From NCBI GenBank assembly GCA_040752695.1, contig JBFMGO010000049.1, forward strand, positions 1 to 37,044: 37,044 nucleotides of DNA, given 5' to 3'. Source of the stretch: a bacterium (GTDB lineage Bacteria > SZUA-182 > DTGQ01). Under the pieces are notes generated by a model. The model was not told the DNA's origin and did no database searches. It saw only the letters and a program-made list of their open reading frames with translations. Below are positions 24,518 to 32,335 of the stretch, in pieces (the first letter of the stretch is position 1; each line of letters opens with the position of its first letter). The position numbers were made by a program, and so were the translations under genes.

Positions 24518-25420
24518 TCGGACCATATGAAACTCCGCCTTGGAAAACTCTCTTACCTTAACAATGCTCCCATGTATTACAGACTGGCAAAAAATTACCA
24601 TTCTCATCTTGCGGGAAGGTATGAAATCGTGGAAGGCTCCCCCTCGTACCTTAACCGATGCATCCGGCAAAAAGAGATAGATTTAACTGTCGCATCTTCC
24701 ATCGAGTATGCCCGAAACCTTGAACATTATCTGATTCTGCCAAACCTTTCAATCAGCTCGGACGGTCCGGTGAAGAGCGTAGTGCTCATGAGCCGGGTCC
24801 CGATGGAAAAGCTGGATAAACAGCCGCTTCTCCTCTCCAGCGATTCTGAAACCTCTGTGGCTTTAATTAAAATTATTCTGTCCCGGCAAGGGATTGAACC
24901 TGTCTACATCCGGGGAAAAGTGCCAGTTGCGGAAAACGGCAATGGCACGCTTTCCCCTGATCTTGCAGCCGATTTTGCCGCTTTGCTGGTAATTGGCGAC
25001 AGGGCTTTGCAGCTATGCGGTCAAAACACATTCCCCTTTGTCTATGATCTGGGCGAGGAGTGGAAAAGGATGACCGGGCTTCCCTTTGTCTTTGCGCTCT
25101 GGATGGTCAGGCAGGAAGCGTATGATCGTGACCGGCAGCTCGTGTTTCAACTCTGGCAGGCGCTTCTGGCATCTCGTGACTACAGCCTCTCTCACCCCGA
25201 AGAATTCATTGCCTCGGTCAAGACGCAGGCAAGTCTGCCAAGGGCGGTCTGTCTTTCCTACATTCAGCAAAACCTTCGCTATGAGCTTTCTTCTCGATAT
25301 CAGGAAGGACTAAAGATGTATTATCGTTTTTTGTACGAGCTTGGAGAAATTCCCCAGCCGGTTCAGGCACTTAGGTTTATGGATTTAATGAAGCAATGGA
25401 ATAGCCCGTTCGTTTCCTGA
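24422..25420 (+). CDS. mqnA: Chorismate dehydratase, with repeat-derived N-terminal extension
   Basis: LRLGKLSYLNNAPM, PSYLN, SSIEY, ISSDGPVKSV, SETSVAL, LVIGDRAL, DLGEEWKRMTGLPFVFALW. Alternative starts: 24434 (ATGA overlap) or 24527. Confidence 0.9.
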   Translation: MGQHMNQTMNRTVNQTMDQHMNRTVNQQTKQTSDHMKLRLGKLSYLNNAPMYYRLAKNYHSHLAGRYEIVEGSPSYLNRCIRQKEIDLTVASSIEYARNLEHYLILPNLSISSDGPVKSVVLMSRVPMEKLDKQPLLLSSDSETSVALIKIILSRQGIEPVYIRGKVPVAENGNGTLSPDLAADFAALLVIGDRALQLCGQNTFPFVYDLGEEWKRMTGLPFVFALWMVRQEAYDRDRQLVFQLWQALLASRDYSLSHPEEFIASVKTQASLPRAVCLSYIQQNLRYELSSRYQEGLKMYYRFLYELGEIPQPVQALRFMDLMKQWNSPFVS

Positions 25421-25464
25421 CGAAAGCAGGACACATCAGCAGGATATATTAGAGGATATATCAT

Positions 25465-26544
25465 ATGGATAGAGAAAAGCCGGGTTTCAATACATGGTTT
25501 CAGGAAAAAATCGATTCTGCACAATTACCTGAAAAGTTATCTGACTGTCAAATGGCCAGAGTTATTGCCGTCGATAAGAACAGCTATATCATTACAAACG
25601 GCAAGAGGGACGTATTTGCTGAAATTACCGGGAAACTTATGTTCAATGTCGATTCCCCGCTGGATTATCCTGCGGTAGGTGACTGGGTATATGCGCAATT
25701 CCTCGATGATGGATCATTTGCCGTCATTCACGAAATTGTCCCGAGAAAATCATTGCTCAAGAGGAAAATATCAGGTAAAAAAGTAGAATTTCAATTAATT
25801 GCTGCTAACATCGATACCGCCATGATTATCCAGTCGCTTGATTCCAATTACAATATCAGACGGTTAGAACGATACCTGGTCATGATAAAAGGAAGCGGTA
25901 TTCATCCTGTCGTGTTATTGAGTAAAAGTGACCTGTTACCTCCTGACGAAGTGGAAAAAAAGAAAGCCGGTATTCATGAACTGATGCCGGATATTCGGAT
26001 AGTGGCTTTCAGCAATCAAAACGACTATGGACTGGACAGGGTAAAAGAGCTTTTGATTTGCGGGGAAACATTTTGTCTGCTCGGATCGTCTGGGGTTGGA
26101 AAGACCACTCTTTTAAATAACCTTATAGGCGAGGCGCTCTTTGAAACCCGGTCTGTCAGAGAAAAAGACGACAGAGGAAGACATACTACGACACGCCGTC
26201 AGTTGATTTTCCTGGAAAACGGTGCAATGATCATAGACACACCGGGCATGCGGGAACTTGGAATCATTGACGTAGAGTCAGGCATATCCGATACGTTTCA
26301 CGAGATAGCGGAAGTTTCGGCTCAATGTCGCTATAATGATTGTACTCATACCCTGGAGGAAGGCTGCGCGGTACTGGCTGCGTTAGAAGATGGAACAATT
26401 TCCAAAGAACGTTACCACAATTATCTAAAGATGAATAAGGAATCCGTCTATAATGAGATGTCGTATTTGGAAAAAAGACGCAAAGATAAACAGTTTGGCA
26501 AAATGTGTAAGGCAATAATGAAAAATAAAAAGGATAGACGATAA
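25465..26544 (+). CDS. rsgA: Ribosome small subunit-dependent GTPase A
   Basis: PAVGDWV; circularly permuted G motifs SKSD, GSSGVGKTT, GRHTTT, DTPG; Zn finger CRYNDCTH..GC. Confidence 0.92.
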   Translation: MDREKPGFNTWFQEKIDSAQLPEKLSDCQMARVIAVDKNSYIITNGKRDVFAEITGKLMFNVDSPLDYPAVGDWVYAQFLDDGSFAVIHEIVPRKSLLKRKISGKKVEFQLIAANIDTAMIIQSLDSNYNIRRLERYLVMIKGSGIHPVVLLSKSDLLPPDEVEKKKAGIHELMPDIRIVAFSNQNDYGLDRVKELLICGETFCLLGSSGVGKTTLLNNLIGEALFETRSVREKDDRGRHTTTRRQLIFLENGAMIIDTPGMRELGIIDVESGISDTFHEIAEVSAQCRYNDCTHTLEEGCAVLAALEDGTISKERYHNYLKMNKESVYNEMSYLEKRRKDKQFGKMCKAIMKNKKDRR

Positions 26545-26559
26545 CACCTGACAGTAATA

Positions 26560-26612
26560 CCTGACCCGTCAAGCCGCTCGTTAAAAGCAAAGACATAAGA
26601 GCGGCGGGCAGG
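26560..26612. terminator. Stem-loop between convergent rsgA and recC
   Basis: CCTGACCC..GCCGCTC / GAGCGGC GGGCAGG. Confidence 0.35.
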
Positions 26613-26722
26613 TGGGCTTCGCCATACTTTCATCCCCTGTCATTATTCCTGCCGAAATTCCTGCCGAAACTTTTCGGTGGTTTCAATTAAAGCATTTACC
26701 TGACTCAGGTTTCTCCTTGAAT

Positions 26723-29700
26723 TCACGACTGCTCAGGGCCCTTTTTCGTGCGGCAGCCAAGGAGGGGGCTGAAGATATCGAGGGCCAGGGCCTTGAAATC
26801 CTCCCCCAAAGGATCGCTGCCTTTCCCGAAACACAAGGAGAAACAGGGTTCCTCCCGCTCACCTGCCTGGTTGTAGTTATTCCCTTCCCAGGCTAGTCTG
26901 GCGGCCTTCAGTGCATCCAGGGGATCTGCGCCGTTTCTGATTTTTTCGGCATAGTCCAGGGATGTTCTGGGAAAGAAAGGGATCGGCGACCTCAGCCCCT
27001 GCCAATAGAGCTGCAAGATACGCTTAAGGATGTTCCTGCTGTCCGGGATGGGGGGAAAGTACCACTGATCGTCGCTGCCGATAAGCAGGCTGGCTTCGGG
27101 ATATCCATCCTTCCCAAGGCAGTTCAGTACCAGATGCTCGATCCAGATTGACAGGCAGTCGCGGGCCTTGATCGTGGCGTACCGGGAGCGCAGAAGCGCC
27201 TTTTGCCGGATGCCGCTTATCCTGCCGGTGATGCGAAATCCATCTATGTCAAGGTCTGCATCCAAAGGAGCCAGTTCTTTTTCCTGAACATGCTCCAAGA
27301 CCTCATTTACAAACTCCGTTACACCTTCGCACAGGTCTTTGAAAGCCATCATTCCCACGATTCCCGGCGGCAGGAGCCCTTGAGCCCGAATCAGGGGATA
27401 GCTTTTTTCCACGCCTTCTCCTCCCCCGCGAAGCCCTTTATGCACCAGATTCTGTTCGATGTAGTATTTCTCCAGCCCGGCGATTTCAAAAGGCTCCCTC
27501 TCATCGAGGCAGATGGAAGGATCTTCGAGCCTGACCCCCAGCCTTTGAGTGAGAAAAAATTGGGCCGGATTAGCCAGAAACTGGATGAGCTGATTAAGGC
27601 TCAAGGTTCTTTTCTCTCCGGCTGGTTCGGGCAACGGCCTATCGATGAATGGCCTTTCTGCGTCGTCCATTTGACCGGACTCTTTCTGCCGGGCTGCCAG
27701 GGCCTGGAGGTTTTCCTCTGAATAACTGAAGAGCAAAGCATCGGGCTTCAGACAGGCTGGCTGGAAATACGCATGACTGAAGGCCTGAAGACGATGCACA
27801 ATGACCACGTGGTCAAGGATCTTACCGCCTGGGTACTCAAATCCCCGCTCAATGGCTTCGGTCAGTTCACTCACTACCACTGATGGAGGAATTTCGCTGT
27901 TATCCCTGATGCTCTGGCCGCCATAGCTGATCAGAAAGTAGTCCCTGGCGCACAGGAGCGCCTCCAGGAAAAGGTAGCGGTCCTCATCCCGCTTTGACGG
28001 ATCACCTTTGCGCGGAGCCTTGGCCATAAGGTCGAATCCCAGGGGTTTGGAAGTCCGGGGAAAGGCACTGTCCCCCATTCCCAGAAGGGCTACTACGCGG
28101 TGAGGAATGCTGCGCATGGGAAGCATGGTGCAAAAAGTGACTCCTCCGGTGAGAAATCCCGTTCCCAGCTCTTCATGGTCCAGGCGCTCAGTCAGCCAGG
28201 CGCGGATCTGTCCGATTCCAACCTTCTCCTGAAAGTCGGCCACCCTTTGGGCATCCTTCAGATCATTCAAAAGCCTCCGGATCACCTCTCTTTGCGCCTC
28301 ATCGGACTCATCATTCGTAAAGAACCTGACCAGAAGGGCATCCAGCACCGCAGCCCAGTCGGCAAGGGTCCGGGATGGAGCAAGTTCTGCAACCTGGTTG
28401 AAAAGCTGCCTGATAAATTCAAGGAACCGCCCTAAAACAGCGGCATCGCTTCCCTCGATATCATCATAGGGAAGAATCCCGCAGAACATCCGCTCGCCCC
28501 TGCCGGGCAGGGCATACCCTAAAAGGAGACGATCCAGTCCGGCCTTCCAGGTGTTCTCATCGAACGCCGGAACTCCCTGACGGGCGCGGTCCTCGCCATC
28601 CACTCCCCAGCGGATGCGGGTTTCCGTAACCCATCGCCGCACACACGCAAGCCCGTCGCCATCGAGGCCAAACCTGGCCTGGACAGGGAGCGCTTCGAGA
28701 ATGTCCAGGATCTGTGTCTGACCGAAGCGGCTCCCGTAAAGGCCGAGGATTTTCAGAAACACCTCGATAAGCCGCCCCTCCCTTCGGGCACTGCGATCTG
28801 CAATACTGTAAGGGATTTTCTTCGCAGGGTCCTGGCATCCCTCGAAAACTGCGCCGATATAGGGAGCATAGCTCTCGATATCAGGCATCATGACCAGGAT
28901 GTCCCGCGGCCTCAGGTCCGGCTTTTTTTCAAAGAGTGCAAGAAGGCGATCGTACAGGACCTCAACCTCTCGCATGGGGCTGTGGCAGACATGAATCTGG
29001 ATAGAGTCATCATCCGGCGCAATGGTCTTTTTCCCCTCATCCCCGCTACAGGTGTTTTCCTCAACACCTGTGTCTTCAACGCCATCTTCAAGACCGCCGG
29101 TGCTTTCCCCGCTCCCACTGCCACCTCCATGAGTGCTTCCGCGGTTCCGAAGGTGGAGGATATCGGACTGGAGGCACAACAGGAGTGTGTCCTCGCCGGG
29201 ATCTTCGAACCGCTTCTCCTCCACAAGGGATGGGCGGTCATGGAGGGTGTCCAAAAATTGTGCGCCGAGTTTGCCCAGGGATGACAGGAGCGGATGCCCT
29301 GTTTCAAAGTGAAGGTCGCCGCTGTCGAGAAGCTTTGGACTGAACCTTTTTTGCAGCTTGGCAGTATCTTTTTCCGAGGTGAGATCAAACCAGTATTCCG
29401 GGCAAGGGTTCATGAGGAAAAAGTTCACCTCGATGTGGCGGGACATGGCTGCAAAAACATCGAGGTGCATGGGCGGCAGGGCAGGAATGCCAAAAATGGA
29501 AAGGCGCTTGGGGAGCCTCCCTGGACTGACCTTATCGACTCTCTGAAGGAACCTCTTTAAAATGGCCGCCTTGTGGCTGCTGCCAGCTTCCTGCGTCAGA
29601 TCTCGCCAGAGCCGTGACTGCCAGTGGTTCGCCTTCCCATCTTCCCAGTCGAGCACCCATTCGGGGCGAAACATGGTGTACTGGTCAAAGGTGTTGGCCA

Positions 29701-30097
29701 GGCGCTCGGCCAATTGGAGCTGTTTCAGGCCATAGGCATCATCCAAAAGATAATTGCGAAGGCTCTCGTATCCGGGCTGCAAGGCGCAAGGGGAGAGGCG
29801 CTTCATGATTCTCCAGGCCAGAATCTTCGGATCGAATGCCGTACCCTCCGGCACATCAGGCACAATCAAGCGGATCAGCTCGTTGATCATGGCATTCGGG
29901 AAGGGGTAGCGGCAGTTGCCCCATATGCCGAACCGCTGAGCGAGCTCCATCGAGAGCCATCGCTCCATTCCCTTGCTCTGCACCACAATGTATTCCTGAT
30001 CCAGGGGAAGGGGGAGCGGCTCATCGAGAATCTCGGCCAGACACTCTGCCAGAATTTCCAGTCTGTTGCTTTCAAAAACCCGTAAACATGCCGCCAT
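26723..30097 (-). CDS. recC: Exodeoxyribonuclease V gamma subunit
   Basis: SNRLEILA, IVVQSKGMERWL, FDQYTMFRP, NPCPEYW, HVCHSPMREVEVL, VTFCTMLPMRSIP, DRYLFLEALL. Likely start is ATG 30097; the ORF track extends to 30214. Confidence 0.93.
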   Translation of the reverse strand: MAACLRVFESNRLEILAECLAEILDEPLPLPLDQEYIVVQSKGMERWLSMELAQRFGIWGNCRYPFPNAMINELIRLIVPDVPEGTAFDPKILAWRIMKRLSPCALQPGYESLRNYLLDDAYGLKQLQLAERLANTFDQYTMFRPEWVLDWEDGKANHWQSRLWRDLTQEAGSSHKAAILKRFLQRVDKVSPGRLPKRLSIFGIPALPPMHLDVFAAMSRHIEVNFFLMNPCPEYWFDLTSEKDTAKLQKRFSPKLLDSGDLHFETGHPLLSSLGKLGAQFLDTLHDRPSLVEEKRFEDPGEDTLLLCLQSDILHLRNRGSTHGGGSGSGESTGGLEDGVEDTGVEENTCSGDEGKKTIAPDDDSIQIHVCHSPMREVEVLYDRLLALFEKKPDLRPRDILVMMPDIESYAPYIGAVFEGCQDPAKKIPYSIADRSARREGRLIEVFLKILGLYGSRFGQTQILDILEALPVQARFGLDGDGLACVRRWVTETRIRWGVDGEDRARQGVPAFDENTWKAGLDRLLLGYALPGRGERMFCGILPYDDIEGSDAAVLGRFLEFIRQLFNQVAELAPSRTLADWAAVLDALLVRFFTNDESDEAQREVIRRLLNDLKDAQRVADFQEKVGIGQIRAWLTERLDHEELGTGFLTGGVTFCTMLPMRSIPHRVVALLGMGDSAFPRTSKPLGFDLMAKAPRKGDPSKRDEDRYLFLEALLCARDYFLISYGGQSIRDNSEIPPSVVVSELTEAIERGFEYPGGKILDHVVIVHRLQAFSHAYFQPACLKPDALLFSYSEENLQALAARQKESGQMDDAERPFIDRPLPEPAGEKRTLSLNQLIQFLANPAQFFLTQRLGVRLEDPSICLDEREPFEIAGLEKYYIEQNLVHKGLRGGGEGVEKSYPLIRAQGLLPPGIVGMMAFKDLCEGVTEFVNEVLEHVQEKELAPLDADLDIDGFRITGRISGIRQKALLRSRYATIKARDCLSIWIEHLVLNCLGKDGYPEASLLIGSDDQWYFPPIPDSRNILKRILQLYWQGLRSPIPFFPRTSLDYAEKIRNGADPLDALKAARLAWEGNNYNQAGEREEPCFSLCFGKGSDPLGEDFKALALDIFSPLLGCRTKKGPEQS

Positions 30098-30240
30098 CTG
30101 CACCCCGCCGCTCCATCTTCTGCCTCGCTGCTGCAATACTCCATTGCCGCATTGCCTGCACCACGATTGAAGGAGACGCAAAGACATTATAGCCAATTTT
30201 CTCGTGCAACTCAAGCCGTATCAGTGCAGTGGGCGGGACA

Positions 30241-30303
30241 CCAGAAGGCAGGGAGGCAGAAAGGCAGAATGCAAAAGGCAAGAGCCAGGAACCAGAAACC
30301 AGA
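30241..30303. repeat. Degenerate heptamer array (approx. AGGCAGA / AACCAGA)
   Basis: About 9 units with 7-bp periodicity upstream of recC. Confidence 0.65.
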
Positions 30304-30438
30304 TGGAAAACAGGCTATAAGTCTCACCGTTAGCCGAAAAACCTGCACAGAAGGAAATGATTCTCCAATACATCTTGATTTTTTTCATCGGTTTAATAAA
30401 CTGGCTATAAGCATGGAAAGGGAATTATTGCCAGTTCC

Positions 30439-31275
30439 CTATTGGAAAAGGTCAAAGGAGGATGCGGGGATAATACCCTTGGTTTTGGCCTCTGTCAGGA
30501 GGAAGCGGATGGCATTCTCTCCATCCTGACCGATATCCAGAGAGTATTCATTGACGTACAGGCCGATGTGTTGCGAGGTTACGGTGTCGTCCATCTCCTG
30601 GGCATGGCTGCGGATATAGTCTTTTGCTTCTTCAGGGTGGGCTTGGGCGTAACGGATGCTCTGGCGGATGGCCTCTTCAATCAGGCTGGCTGCCGCTTGG
30701 CCCAGTGTCCGCTTCACCATGATGCCCCCAAGGGGGATCGGACAACCGCTGTACTGCTCCCACCAGTCTCCAAGGTCCAGGATCTTCCGAAGCCCGAAAT
30801 TTTGATAGGTAAACCGGCTCTCGTGGATGATTACACCTGCATCCACAACTCCTTTCTGGACAGCCTGAAGGATCTGATCAAAGGGCAGAAGGACGATGTT
30901 TTGCGCTTTCGGCTCATAGAGCCGCAGCAAAAGAGAGGCAGTAGTATATTCCCCGGGCACAGCTATGCGCTGCCGGGGCAGACCACCTTCCACTATCGTC
31001 TTTTCCCTTTGTCCAACCAGCAGCGGACCGCACCCCTTACCCAGAGCACTGCCGGAACGCAGCAGGACATAGCGATCTTGCACGTAGCCGAAGGCATGAT
31101 AGGAAATCTTGCTGATATCCATCTCCTCTCGGAAAGCCATCCGGTTCAGGGTTTCTACATCTTCGAGCCGCTCCCTGACAGTGAACCCCGGCAGTGGAAC
31201 TTTACCATGAACCAGAGCGTAAAAGATGAAGGTATCATTGGGGCAGGGCGAATAACCCAACGAGAGGCTGCTCAC
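30439..31275 (-). CDS. mqnD: 1,4-dihydroxy-6-naphthoate synthase
   Basis: LGYSPCPNDTFIFYAL, DVETLN, GSALGKGCGPL, IIHESRFTY, IPLGGI, HIGLYVN; GTG start after GGGAGG, overlapping the mqnB stop (GTGA). Confidence 0.93.
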   Translation of the reverse strand: MSSLSLGYSPCPNDTFIFYALVHGKVPLPGFTVRERLEDVETLNRMAFREEMDISKISYHAFGYVQDRYVLLRSGSALGKGCGPLLVGQREKTIVEGGLPRQRIAVPGEYTTASLLLRLYEPKAQNIVLLPFDQILQAVQKGVVDAGVIIHESRFTYQNFGLRKILDLGDWWEQYSGCPIPLGGIMVKRTLGQAAASLIEEAIRQSIRYAQAHPEEAKDYIRSHAQEMDDTVTSQHIGLYVNEYSLDIGQDGENAIRFLLTEAKTKGIIPASSFDLFQ

Positions 31276-31991
31276 AAGTTCCCTCCCCACTGAGTAGCCA
31301 GAGCCAGGGCTGCCTGCTGGCAGACATTGGCAGCGGAGGCCAGATCCCACTCATCCCGGTTTCTCTCTTTGACAAGGTTGCTGATCCCCCGGATTTCAAG
31401 GAATGGCACCTCATAAAGAGTGCACAGTTGGGCTACAGCGGCTCCCTCCATATTTTCGCAAATGCCATGGAAGCGCTGCTCCATCTCTTCAGCCCTTGCC
31501 TGAGTGCCGCTGACTTCGGAAATGGTTATGAAAGGGCCGATTTTGGGATTAAATTTTTGCAGGATACTGATCGCCCGGTTCAAAACGGTCTGATCCATTT
31601 CAAAAGCATTGTAATAAGCCCGGTCACCTTTACGTAGAAGAGGCAGATTCAGAAAATGGGTAGATCTCCACCCCTGGGAGGTGACTACACCTTCCTCCCC
31701 AAAAATTTCCTTATTGGCTATGGCCAGGTCTCCGGGCTGAAGGCCGGATCCTCGATAGGCCCCGCCGCAGCCGATGAGAAGCATAAGCCTTGGGTAATAT
31801 TTTTCCAGCAGCAGGGTGGCTCCATGAGCTGCATTGGTTTTGCCGACCCCCAAATGGAATATAAGCACCTGGCTCCCGTGAAGAGAACCCTGAAGGGCGG
31901 TAAATTTACCCAGGAGAATGTGACGAGGATATAGTAACTGACTGGAAATCCATGCCGTTTCAAAAGGCATGGCAGCGGTGAGTATAATCAA
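31272..31991 (-). CDS. mqnB: Futalosine hydrolase
   Basis: GVGKTNAAH, GCGGAY, ICENMEGAAVAQLC, EIRGISNLV..RDEWDL. Likely TTG start at 31991 after GGAGG; the ORF track extends to 32108. Confidence 0.88.
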   Translation of the reverse strand: MIILTAAMPFETAWISSQLLYPRHILLGKFTALQGSLHGSQVLIFHLGVGKTNAAHGATLLLEKYYPRLMLLIGCGGAYRGSGLQPGDLAIANKEIFGEEGVVTSQGWRSTHFLNLPLLRKGDRAYYNAFEMDQTVLNRAISILQKFNPKIGPFITISEVSGTQARAEEMEQRFHGICENMEGAAVAQLCTLYEVPFLEIRGISNLVKERNRDEWDLASAANVCQQAALALATQWGGNL

Positions 31992-32101
31992 TTGTGGCCT
32001 CCGCTCACAAGCTGGGGTAAGAGCCGATTGATCTTCTTTTATCCTTATATACCATCTATCTATTTTTTTCAAGAGGGTATTCGCAATAATTTGTCGGACA
32101 C

Positions 32102-32196
32102 CCCGCATCCAGTATCCAGAGTATACAGCATTCTAATATGCTATGTCCTCCGTCCGGCATATCCCAAAACCCCAGCATATCCTATTTCCAGCATCC
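32102..32196. repeat. Degenerate heptamer array (CCAGYAT)
   Basis: CCCGCAT CCAGTAT ..ACAGCAT ..CCGGCAT ..CCAGCAT x2; related to 15345-15407. Confidence 0.6.
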
Positions 32197-32335
32197 TATA
32201 GTCAATTATCAATTTCCCTCACCTTGTATCCAGACAATGCAGGCCCTGTTGCCGATGAAAATATAGACGGGAGATTCTGTGCTTGTGGGAAGTTCTCTGC
32301 TGAGGAAGCAAACTTAAAGGGAAAGGAAATCTTTC

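Noticed and set aside
30442..31293. 283-aa plus-strand ORF
   Set aside because: Antisense shadow of mqnD.
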